64,000 bases of DNA from an uncultured bacterium (GTDB lineage: Bacteria > Verrucomicrobiota > Lentisphaeria > Victivallales > Victivallaceae), in NCBI GenBank assembly GCA_900551245.1, contig URVC01000001.1, forward strand, positions 13,990 through 77,989, read 5' to 3'. Position numbers and translations under genes: made by a program. The notes under the pieces were generated by a model. That model saw nothing but the letters and a program-made list of their open reading frames with translations, searched no databases and had not been told where the DNA came from. Shown here one piece after another: positions 27,169-35,859 of this stretch (the first letter of the stretch is position 1; the number at the start of each line of letters is the position of its first letter).

Positions 27169-29067
27169 ATGTCAAACCTGACCATCATCCGCGAACTCTC
27201 CAACCGTTACGGCTCCAATCCGGAATTCGTTCTCGCCGGTGGCGGAAACACCTCCTGCAAGGATGAGAAATATCTCTACGTCAAGCCCAGCGGCGTCGCC
27301 CTGGCGAAGGTTGCCGAAGAGGATTTCGTCAAGCTCGAACGCGAGGCGGTGCGCCGTTGCTTCGAGATGCCGGAAGAGCTTTCCGGAGCGGAACGCGAAG
27401 CGCTGGCCGGGCGTCTGTTGAATTTTGCCGTGGTGAGCACCACCGGCCGCCGCCCCTCGGTGGAGGCGCCGCTGCATGAACTCATGCCGTTCACCTTTGT
27501 GGTGCACCTCCATCCGGCGATGGTCAATGGACTTACCTGCGGCCGCGACGGCGAAGCGGTGTGCAGAGAGCTGTTTCCGGACGCGCTCTGGCTGCCGGCC
27601 ACGGATCCGGGCTTCATCCTCGCCAACGCCGTCTATCGGGCGAACCTCGCCTACAAGGAGCGGACCGGCCGCCCGGCGTCGGTGATCTTTCTGCAGAACC
27701 ATGGCGTCTTCGTCGGCGCCGACACCGCCGCGGAAATCGAGCAGATTTACGCGGAGATCATGAGGAAACTGCGTGCGCGGCATCAGGCCGCCGGCATTCC
27801 GGCGGAACTGGAGTGCGGCGAACTCGACCGCGAAACGGTGAACGCCTTCGCTCCGCTGCTGCGCGGCTGGCTCGGCGACGGGGAAACACCCGTCACCGTC
27901 AAATCGCTCCCCCCCTTCCGCACCGCCCGCGGGCCGCTGACCCCGGACCATATTGTCTACGCGAAATCCTTCGCACTGGTGACCGAAAAGCCGACGCGTG
28001 AAGCGATCGAAGCGTTCGAAAAGCAGAACGGGTACAAGCCGCTGGTGGTGGAGGTTCCCGGCAAAGCGGTCTTCTGCGCCGGGAAAAACGCACCCGGAGC
28101 CAACACCGTCGCCCTGCTCGCCCGCGACGCGGGCCGGGTGCAGCGATTCGCCGACGCGTTCGGCGGAGCCGCGTTTCTGAGCGACGAACGCCGCAGTTTC
28201 ATCGAGAACTGGGAGGCGGAATCCTACCGCCGTAAAGTTGCCGGCGGCGCGAATGCCGTTTTGACCGGCAAAGTGGCCGTCATCACCGGCGGTGCGCAGG
28301 GCTTCGGCTTCGGCATCGCCGAAGAGCTGGCGGCCGCGGGAGCGACCGTCGTGATCGCCGACCTCAACTTCGCCGGGGCGGAAAAGGCGGCGCAGACCAT
28401 TCACGCCTCCGGCGGAACCGGTGCGGTCGCCGTCAACATCGCTGACGAGGAATCGGTGGCGAAGATGGTGGAGACGGTCGTGGAATCGTTCGGCGGCATC
28501 GACCTTTTCGTCGCCAACGCGGGGGTGCTCAAGGCGGGTTCGGTCAAGAGTTTCGAGAAGAAGGACTGGGATTTCGTCACCAATATCAACTACACCGGCT
28601 ACTTCCTCTGCGTCAAGCATGTGGCGCCGGTGATGGCCCTGCAGAACTCCGCCTGTTCCGGCTGGACCGATATCGTGCAGGTCAACTCCAAGAGCGGACT
28701 GGTCGGCTCGAACCGCAACGGCGCCTACGCCGGCGGGAAATTCGGCACGATCGGCCTCACCCAGAGCTTCGCGCTGGAGCTGGTTGCCGATCACATCAAG
28801 GTCAACAGCGTCTGCCCGGGGAACTTCTTCGATGGTCCCTTGTGGTCCGACCCGGTGCGCGGTCTGTTCGTGCAGTATCTTCAAAGTGGGAAAGTTCCGG
28901 GCGCAAAGAGCGTGGCGGATGTCAAGGTTCACTATGAGAAACAGATTCCGATGCATCGGGGCTGTTACCCCTCCGACGTGGCCAAGGCGATTCTCTACGC
29001 GGTCATGCAGCCCTATGAGACCGGCCAGGCGATCCCCGTGACCGGCGGTCAGGTGATGCTCAACTAA
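27169..29067 (+). CDS. bifunctional rhamnulose-1-phosphate aldolase (class II aldolase/adducin domain) / short-chain dehydrogenase (RhaEW-type)
   Basis: The N-terminal 'GGGNTSCKDEKYLYVKPSG' is a class II aldolase domain. The C-terminal 'VAVITGGAQGFGFGIAEELAAAG...' is an SDR Rossmann fold with a 'Y..GK'-type active site. The ATG at 27169 was chosen over the ORF-track start. Confidence 0.8.
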   Translation: MSNLTIIRELSNRYGSNPEFVLAGGGNTSCKDEKYLYVKPSGVALAKVAEEDFVKLEREAVRRCFEMPEELSGAEREALAGRLLNFAVVSTTGRRPSVEAPLHELMPFTFVVHLHPAMVNGLTCGRDGEAVCRELFPDALWLPATDPGFILANAVYRANLAYKERTGRPASVIFLQNHGVFVGADTAAEIEQIYAEIMRKLRARHQAAGIPAELECGELDRETVNAFAPLLRGWLGDGETPVTVKSLPPFRTARGPLTPDHIVYAKSFALVTEKPTREAIEAFEKQNGYKPLVVEVPGKAVFCAGKNAPGANTVALLARDAGRVQRFADAFGGAAFLSDERRSFIENWEAESYRRKVAGGANAVLTGKVAVITGGAQGFGFGIAEELAAAGATVVIADLNFAGAEKAAQTIHASGGTGAVAVNIADEESVAKMVETVVESFGGIDLFVANAGVLKAGSVKSFEKKDWDFVTNINYTGYFLCVKHVAPVMALQNSACSGWTDIVQVNSKSGLVGSNRNGAYAGGKFGTIGLTQSFALELVADHIKVNSVCPGNFFDGPLWSDPVRGLFVQYLQSGKVPGAKSVADVKVHYEKQIPMHRGCYPSDVAKAILYAVMQPYETGQAIPVTGGQVMLN

Positions 29068-29093
29068 ACGGGGAGAGATGAAAGAGATTTAGA

Positions 29094-29633
29094 ATGCAAG
29101 AGGAAATCAGAAACATTCTGCTGGCAATCGGCGAGGATCCCGCCCGCGAAGGATTGCGGGACACTCCCAAACGGGTGGAAAAGAGTTTGCAGTTTCTGAC
29201 CCGCGGTTATCGGCAGAATCTGACTGAAGTGGTCAACGGCGCGCTGTTCGATGCGGAATCGGACGACATGGTCATTGTTCGCGACATCGAATTTTTCAGC
29301 ATGTGCGAACATCACATGCTGCCGTTTTTCGGCAAATGCCATGTCGGTTACATTCCGAAGAAGAAAATTCTCGGCGTGAGCAAGGTCGCACGCATCGTGG
29401 ATATGTTCGCCCGCCGCCTTCAGATTCAGGAGCGGCTGACCCGGCAGATCTCCGGAGCGATCATGGAGATCCTCGATGCGGAAGGCGTCGGGGTCGTCAT
29501 GGAGGCGCGCCACCTCTGCATGCAGATGCGCGGTGTGGAAAAACAGCACTCGGTGATGACCACCAGCTCGATGGTCGGCTCCTTCCGGCGTGAGCTGGCC
29601 ACCCGCAACGAATTCACGCGGCTGATCCGATGA
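29094..29633 (+). CDS. folE: GTP cyclohydrolase I
   Basis: '[22 protein letters not shown]' is the FolE zinc-site signature. Confidence 0.9.
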   Translation: MQEEIRNILLAIGEDPAREGLRDTPKRVEKSLQFLTRGYRQNLTEVVNGALFDAESDDMVIVRDIEFFSMCEHHMLPFFGKCHVGYIPKKKILGVSKVARIVDMFARRLQIQERLTRQISGAIMEILDAEGVGVVMEARHLCMQMRGVEKQHSVMTTSSMVGSFRRELATRNEFTRLIR

Positions 29634-30070
29634 GGGCGCTGGTACAGCGGGTGACGGCGGGCAGCGTCGTCATCGACGGGGAAACCGTGGGGGAAATCGG
29701 TCCGGGGCTGGTGATCCTGCTCGGAGTCGCACCCGACGACACAGCGAAGGACGCCGCCTGGCTCGCCGCGAAGTGCGCAAATTTGCGCATCTTCGAAGAC
29801 GAGGCGGGCAAGATGAACCGGTCGCTGCTGGAAACCGGCGGGGCGGCCTTGATCGTTTCGCAGTTCACGCTGTACGGGGATTGCACCCAGGGGCGGCGTC
29901 CCTTCTTCGGCGGAGCCGCCGAACCTCAGGTGGCAATTCCGCTCTATGAAGCGTTCATTGCCGAAGTGAAGAAACTGGGAGTACCGGTCGCAACCGGCAG
30001 ATTCGGAGCATACATGCAGCTCGAAATTCACAATGACGGCCCGGTAACTTTGATGGTGGAGTCAAAATGA
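29630..30070 (+). CDS. dtd: D-aminoacyl-tRNA deacylase
   Basis: 'MRALVQRV...SQFTLYGD' is the Dtd signature. It overlaps folE by 4 nt. Confidence 0.9.
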   Translation: MRALVQRVTAGSVVIDGETVGEIGPGLVILLGVAPDDTAKDAAWLAAKCANLRIFEDEAGKMNRSLLETGGAALIVSQFTLYGDCTQGRRPFFGGAAEPQVAIPLYEAFIAEVKKLGVPVATGRFGAYMQLEIHNDGPVTLMVESK

Positions 30071-31221
30071 AACGGAAAAACGTCGTCGTTCTGGGAGCCA
30101 CCGGCTCGATCGGCCGCAGTACCGCCGCGGTGTTGCGGGCCCATCCGGAGCAGTTCCACGTTGCCGGTCTGGTGGCACGGAGCAGCCTCCGGGAGCTGGC
30201 GGCGCAGGCGGCGGAGTTTCATCCGGATACCGTCATCACGACCGATCCCGCCCGGCTGGCGGAGCTGAAAGCACAGCTTCCGGCAGACCAGCCGTGCGCC
30301 GCCGGATGGGAAGCGGTGCAGGAGCTGGTCACCGCACCGGCAACCGACATCGTTGTATGCGCCATCGTCGGAACCGGCGGGCTGGAGCCGGTGATCGCCG
30401 CGCTCCGGGCGGGGAAACAGGTCGCCCTCGCCAGCAAGGAGGTGCTGGTCATGGCCGGGGAACTCATCCGGCGGGAGCTGGACGCCTCGCCCGGCGGCTC
30501 GATCGTTCCGGTGGACAGCGAGCACTCGGCGATTTTCCAATGCCTTGCCGGCCGGGGAACCCCTGAAGTCAAACAGCTCTGGCTCACCGCTTCCGGCGGA
30601 CCGTTCCGCAACTGGAGCGCAGAGCGGATCGCCGCGGCTACGCTTCAAGACGCTCTCGCGCACCCGACCTGGAACATGGGGCCCAAAGTGACGATCGACT
30701 CCGCCTCGCTGATGAACAAGGCGCTGGAGCTGGTGGAGGCGCATCACCTCTTTCGAATTCCGCCGGAACGGCTCAAGGTATTGATTCATCCGCAGTCGCT
30801 GATCCACTCGATGGTGGAGCTGTGCGACGGCAGTTTTATCGCGCAGATGTCGAAACCGGATATGCGTTTTGCCATCCAGTACGCGCTGACCTGGCCGGAG
30901 CGCTCTGCCGTGGGGGGACTGCCGCAACTGGATTTTTCCGCCGGGCTGCATTTCGATTTCCAGCTGCCCGACCGGAACCGGTTTCCATCGCTGGAGTTTG
31001 CCGAAGAGGCGATGCGGTGCGGCGGCACCATGCCGGCGGTGATGAATGCGGCCAACGAAGTGGCGGTGGAGAAGTTCCGCCGCGGCGAAATCGGTTTTGC
31101 CCGGATCTGGGCGATCATCGAGGCGACGATGCATGCCCACCACCCCGAACCGCAGCGTGATCTGGAAACCATCCGCAATGCCGATGCCGAGGCGCGACGT
31201 TTTGCAGAAGCGTTACAGTAA
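30067..31221 (+). CDS. dxr: 1-deoxy-D-xylulose 5-phosphate reductoisomerase
   Basis: '[17 protein letters not shown]' and '[13 protein letters not shown]' are present. It overlaps dtd by 4 nt. Confidence 0.9.
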   Translation: MKRKNVVVLGATGSIGRSTAAVLRAHPEQFHVAGLVARSSLRELAAQAAEFHPDTVITTDPARLAELKAQLPADQPCAAGWEAVQELVTAPATDIVVCAIVGTGGLEPVIAALRAGKQVALASKEVLVMAGELIRRELDASPGGSIVPVDSEHSAIFQCLAGRGTPEVKQLWLTASGGPFRNWSAERIAAATLQDALAHPTWNMGPKVTIDSASLMNKALELVEAHHLFRIPPERLKVLIHPQSLIHSMVELCDGSFIAQMSKPDMRFAIQYALTWPERSAVGGLPQLDFSAGLHFDFQLPDRNRFPSLEFAEEAMRCGGTMPAVMNAANEVAVEKFRRGEIGFARIWAIIEATMHAHHPEPQRDLETIRNADAEARRFAEALQ

Positions 31222-31246
31222 GCAACTTTGAACCAGGAGAAACGGA

Positions 31247-32956
31247 ATGTCCAGTGCCCCTCCCCCCCGGGATCGACGACTCCACCGACTGCTCTGGGGC
31301 GGTGTCCTGTTGATCGGCATTGCCGCGCGTCTTACTCATCTCTTTTCCGGACTGGAGTACGACGAAATCTGGACGCTGGAAAATTTCGCCCCCCTGCCGC
31401 TTTCCCGGATTCTCACCGATCTCGCGTTGCCGAACAACCATCCGTTGAACACACTGGGCGTCTGGATATGCGCCACGCACTTCCAGTCGCCATGGAGCAT
31501 CCGTCTGCCCGCTCTGCTGGCGGGGCTGGGAGCATTGCCGCTGATGGCGCTGGTCGCTTTTCTGTGGAGCCGGAAATGGCTTGCCGCCTGGGTCGCCACG
31601 CTGATTTTCGCTCTCTGCACTCCGGTCATCCTTTACGCGCAGCAGGCGCGGGGATACAGCATTCAACTGTTTTTTCTACTGCTCTTCGCCGCCGGATTTC
31701 TGCTGGCGCGGAAGTTTCGACCGGCAAAACCCCGTTTCCTTCCCGAAATCATGGTGTTTCTCGGTGGGGCCGGAGCGATTCTGACGCTGCCCACCTCGAT
31801 TCTCTACCTCGGTGTCATCGCGCTGATCGGCTATTTTCTCTGCCGGAGCCTTCCGTTCTCCCGCCTGCCGTTGCGGACCGTGCTGACGCTCGGCGTCGTG
31901 TTGACCGCCCTCTGGTACGGAGTCAACTATCAGGCGCTTCAGGCGGCGCGGGTCTGGGGAATCCCCGTCACCGGATTCCCACAGTTTCTGGAGCTGTTTG
32001 TCGACACCATGATGCAGTTGAACGGTCCGGCGGTACTGCTGCTCGCACTCTGCGGACTCCTGTTGCGGAGCCGCCGGAGCCGGCCGCTGCTGCTTTTTTA
32101 TGTGGTCGCATTCGGTTCGGCACTCGTCACCAATGCGGGGGGGACCCGCGTCTACCTGCCGCTGACAGTTCCTACCGCGATCCTGGCGGGGATGGGGGCG
32201 GAGGCGATTTTCCGCCGGTTGTACCGGCGTTTCCCCCGGCCCTGGAGTTCCGCACTCCTCCTTCTATTGCTGGCCGCCCTGCTCTTCTGGAACGGGAAGC
32301 AGAATGCAAAGGAGTGGCCGGTCCGCGACTGGTATCTGCTCCATGAAGAGCTTCGCCGTCTCGCTCCGGAGGAACTTTTCGCGCTGGACGCCGGCGACGG
32401 GTATCCCTATTGCTGGAACAATTATCCGGGGGCGGTCGAGGATTACCGGCAGCGTCTGCTCGACCGGTTGCCGGAACGGAGCCTGGTCTCCCTTCTTCCG
32501 CCGGGCACATTGAACGGAATCGCTTCAGACGGCGGCAGCCGGGCCCTCGTACTGGAGCAGAAACCGGAAGCGCTGGAACCGCTTGCTTCCGGTTTTACCG
32601 CCTGCCGGTACCGTCTCGAGGAACTATCCGGCATTCCGCCCGCCGGAAGCCGGTTGCTGGTGCTGTTCCGCTCGGTTCCGCCGGAGGAACTCCAGTTTCA
32701 AATCCATCAAATCCGCCGCCGCTGGCCCGATGCGCTGCAGCTGAATCCGTGGCTCACTCCGGTCAGCATGAACGACGGCCGCCCCCGCCAGTCGGCGACC
32801 TGGATCCTTCCCTGCGACACGCCGGAAGGCTTCGACTGGGAAAGTTTCCGGAACCGGCTTCGGGGAGCGGTCAGCATCTACCGTATCCTGCCGATGGAGA
32901 GGAAAAAAGCGGTAAATCACGAAATATCTGACAAAAATTCCCTTGAAAAAAGATAA
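31247..32956 (+). CDS. GT-C fold glycosyltransferase, ArnT/PMT-like (GT83/GT39-like) polytopic membrane protein
   Basis: The first loop 'FSGLEYDEIWTLENFAPLPLS...LALPNNHPLNTLGVWIC' resembles the DE-motif loop of undecaprenyl-/dolichyl-phosphate-sugar transferases. About 11 TM helices precede a C-terminal soluble domain. Confidence 0.6.
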   Translation: MSSAPPPRDRRLHRLLWGGVLLIGIAARLTHLFSGLEYDEIWTLENFAPLPLSRILTDLALPNNHPLNTLGVWICATHFQSPWSIRLPALLAGLGALPLMALVAFLWSRKWLAAWVATLIFALCTPVILYAQQARGYSIQLFFLLLFAAGFLLARKFRPAKPRFLPEIMVFLGGAGAILTLPTSILYLGVIALIGYFLCRSLPFSRLPLRTVLTLGVVLTALWYGVNYQALQAARVWGIPVTGFPQFLELFVDTMMQLNGPAVLLLALCGLLLRSRRSRPLLLFYVVAFGSALVTNAGGTRVYLPLTVPTAILAGMGAEAIFRRLYRRFPRPWSSALLLLLLAALLFWNGKQNAKEWPVRDWYLLHEELRRLAPEELFALDAGDGYPYCWNNYPGAVEDYRQRLLDRLPERSLVSLLPPGTLNGIASDGGSRALVLEQKPEALEPLASGFTACRYRLEELSGIPPAGSRLLVLFRSVPPEELQFQIHQIRRRWPDALQLNPWLTPVSMNDGRPRQSATWILPCDTPEGFDWESFRNRLRGAVSIYRILPMERKKAVNHEISDKNSLEKR

Positions 32957-33041
32957 AAATCAAGTATGATATGATTTCGAGGAAATTTTTGCGTAGTTCA
33001 TTCCCGGCGGAATTTCGCCGGATTATTATGGAAAGAGTTGT

Positions 33042-34760
33042 ATGGAACAAGTGATGGATATTCTGCTGTCGATCGGGGCGTTGGCTTTTGTCTTCATCGC
33101 GATCGGCTTCTGTATTTTTTCGCATGAACTCGGTCATTTTCTCGCGGCAAAGTGGCGGGGAATGCACATCGACGCCTTTTCGCTCGGATTCCGCCCCTTC
33201 TGGAAAAAGAAGATCAACGGGGTGGAATACCGGCTCGGCTGGCTTCCCTTCGGCGGTTATGTCGAGCTGCCGCAGGTGGACGCCACCGACGCGGTCCCCA
33301 AAGCCGCCGACGGCACGGAACTGCCGCGCGCCAAGGCCATTGACCGGATTATCACCGCAGTGGCCGGGCCGCTGTTCAACATCCTTTCCGGCCTGCTGAT
33401 CGCCTGCTTCGTCTGGTGGATCGGCATGCCGCAGGACAGCCCGAAGATGCGGGAGATCACCGTGCTCTCCGTCGATCCGGCGGGGCCGGAGTATGCGGCC
33501 GGTCTGCGGCCGGAGGACAAGATCGTCAAAATCAACGGCGAACCCTTTTTCTCGACCTGGGCGCAGTTCGTCAGCAAAATTCTCTTCTCGATCGGCAAAG
33601 TTGATCTGGAGGTGATCCGCGACGGGAAACCGGTCACCATCTCCTACACGCCGGTGGACAATCCGAACGCGCCGGGCCGGTTGCGCAGCGAAAAAATCGC
33701 CTGGCCCTTCTTCCAGCCGCTCATTCCGCTCGAACTGGTGCCGGAAAAAGGCTCTCCGGCGGAAAAAGCGGGTATCAAGGCGGGGGATTATGTCGTGGCG
33801 ATCGACGGCATGCCGATCATCGACTTCGATGAATTCCTCTTCGGCATCAACCTGGCCGGAAACAATCCGATTCGAATGACACTGCGCCGCGGGGATGAGA
33901 CGGTTGAAGTGACCGTTCGTCCGGAGCCGATCACCCCCTCCCCGGGGCCGGAATTCAGCCGCTACATGACCGGCATCTATATGCAGCCGGCCGGAGCGGA
34001 AGGCGGCGTCACCGTCGCCGGCGTCATGCCCTACTCCGCCGCTCTCGCCGCCGGTTTGAAACCGGGCGACCGGCTGCTCGAAGTGGACGGCAGAAAAATT
34101 ACCGCGCCGGCAGAGTTCAGCGAAACCATTGCCAAACTCAAAGGCACCCCGTTCCGTTTGACCTATGAGCGCGACGGCAAGACCAGCGAGGTCACGCTGG
34201 CGGCCCGGCTGATCACACCGCACACGATCGGGGTGACGATCTCCCTGCTGGATCATCCGACGCCGATTCAGCAGTTCATTTCGACCATCGACATGAGCTA
34301 TAAGTCTCTGCGCGGCATTCTGGTCCGGCTGGGCAACCGGCTCGGTCTGACCGAACAGACCAGCACGCTCAAACCGAGCCACATGTCCGGCCCGCTCGGC
34401 ATGGGGCTGGTGCTGTTCAACTCGGTGCGGAGCGCCTCGCTCATCAGCGGCATCTACTTTGTCGTGGTCATCTCCTTTGCGCTGGCGATCTTCAATCTGT
34501 TCCCGCTGCCGGTGCTCGACGGCGGTCACATCCTCTTCGGTCTGATTGAGATTATCTTCCGACGACCGCTGCCGGTTGTGGTGGTGAAAGTGCTCTCCAC
34601 CATCTTTGTGACGCTGCTGATCAGCCTGATGCTCTACGTCACCTTCTTCGACGGAAAACGAATCTACTATTCGATCTTCCCGGAACGGAGCGACGTTCCG
34701 GCCGCAAAGGAATCTGTCGGAGAAAAAACGAATGCCAATCCCACGCCGAAACAGCCGTAA
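33042..34760 (+). CDS. rseP: RIP zinc metalloprotease (site-2 protease) with PDZ domains
   Basis: The HExxH motif is 'HELGHFLAAKWRG'. The C-terminal LDG motif is 'FNLFPLPVLDGGHIL'. Multiple PDZ-like segments are present, and dxr...rseP-ispG synteny is classic. Confidence 0.85.
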   Translation: MEQVMDILLSIGALAFVFIAIGFCIFSHELGHFLAAKWRGMHIDAFSLGFRPFWKKKINGVEYRLGWLPFGGYVELPQVDATDAVPKAADGTELPRAKAIDRIITAVAGPLFNILSGLLIACFVWWIGMPQDSPKMREITVLSVDPAGPEYAAGLRPEDKIVKINGEPFFSTWAQFVSKILFSIGKVDLEVIRDGKPVTISYTPVDNPNAPGRLRSEKIAWPFFQPLIPLELVPEKGSPAEKAGIKAGDYVVAIDGMPIIDFDEFLFGINLAGNNPIRMTLRRGDETVEVTVRPEPITPSPGPEFSRYMTGIYMQPAGAEGGVTVAGVMPYSAALAAGLKPGDRLLEVDGRKITAPAEFSETIAKLKGTPFRLTYERDGKTSEVTLAARLITPHTIGVTISLLDHPTPIQQFISTIDMSYKSLRGILVRLGNRLGLTEQTSTLKPSHMSGPLGMGLVLFNSVRSASLISGIYFVVVISFALAIFNLFPLPVLDGGHILFGLIEIIFRRPLPVVVVKVLSTIFVTLLISLMLYVTFFDGKRIYYSIFPERSDVPAAKESVGEKTNANPTPKQP

Positions 34761-35859
34761 AATCCGGATCGGCACCGTCGAAGTCGGCGGCGATGCACCG
34801 GTGTCGATCCAGTCGATGACCAACACCGACACCCGCGACACCGCCGCGACACTCGATCAGATCAATCGCCTCGCCCGGCTCGGATGTGAGATCATCCGGG
34901 TCGCGGTGCCGGACGAAGCCGCCGCGGACGCCCTTGCGGAAATCACCGAAAAAAGTCCGATTCCGGTCATCGCCGACATCCACTTTGACTACCGGCTCGC
35001 CCTGCGGGCCATCGATCGTCACGTGACGGCAATCCGTCTCAACCCCGGCAATCTCGACTCTCCGGAACACATCCGGCTGGTTGCGGAGTCCGCAGTCCGC
35101 CACGAAGTACCCATCCGGGTCGGCGCGAACACCGGCAGTCTCCGCCCGGGAGTGATTCGCCGCATGATGGAGCGTGGGCTCTCCCATGACGACGCCATGG
35201 CGGAAGCGCTGGTGGTTTCCGCCCTGAACGAGTGCGCGCTGCTGGAGAAATTCGGCGTGACGGAGATCAAGGTGGCGCTGAAATCCTCCAGCGTACCGGT
35301 GACGGTGGCGGCCTACCGGAAGTTTGCCGCCCGCACCGATTATCCTCTGCACATCGGCGTGACCGAGGCGGGGACGCCCGGCCGCGGCATCGTCAAATCC
35401 GCCGTCGGAATCGGAGCGCTGCTGCTGGAAGGGATCGGCGACACGCTCCGGGTCAGCCTGACCGCCCCGCCGGACGAGGAGGTGATCGCCGGACGGCGCA
35501 TTCTGGAAGCGTGCGGCCTGCGCGACGCCAGCCCGGAAATCGTCTCCTGTCCAACCTGCGGCCGCACGGAAATCGATCTCATCGGGCTGGCCAACAAAGT
35601 GGAGAAGCTGGTGGCGGAGATCAAAGCCGAGGGGGCGACGATCCATCTGCGCAAAATCGCGGTGATGGGCTGTGCGGTCAACGGCCCGGGAGAGGCGCGC
35701 GACGCCGATCTTGGGCTGGCCGGCAGCAAGGCGGGGAAACTGGTGATGTTTCGCTTTGGTGAAGTGGTCGGAGCGTTCGATCCCGAAGAGGGGTTGGAAT
35801 ACTTCCGGCTGGAGATACTCAAACACGTAACCCAGGGGAAAGGTGGCAAAAATGCATGA
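34732..35859 (+). CDS. ispG: 4-hydroxy-3-methylbut-2-enyl diphosphate synthase
   Basis: 'VSIQSMTNTDTRD' and a C-terminal Cys triad 'CPTCGRT...GCAVNGPGE'. Confidence 0.9.
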   Translation: MPIPRRNSRKIRIGTVEVGGDAPVSIQSMTNTDTRDTAATLDQINRLARLGCEIIRVAVPDEAAADALAEITEKSPIPVIADIHFDYRLALRAIDRHVTAIRLNPGNLDSPEHIRLVAESAVRHEVPIRVGANTGSLRPGVIRRMMERGLSHDDAMAEALVVSALNECALLEKFGVTEIKVALKSSSVPVTVAAYRKFAARTDYPLHIGVTEAGTPGRGIVKSAVGIGALLLEGIGDTLRVSLTAPPDEEVIAGRRILEACGLRDASPEIVSCPTCGRTEIDLIGLANKVEKLVAEIKAEGATIHLRKIAVMGCAVNGPGEARDADLGLAGSKAGKLVMFRFGEVVGAFDPEEGLEYFRLEILKHVTQGKGGKNA

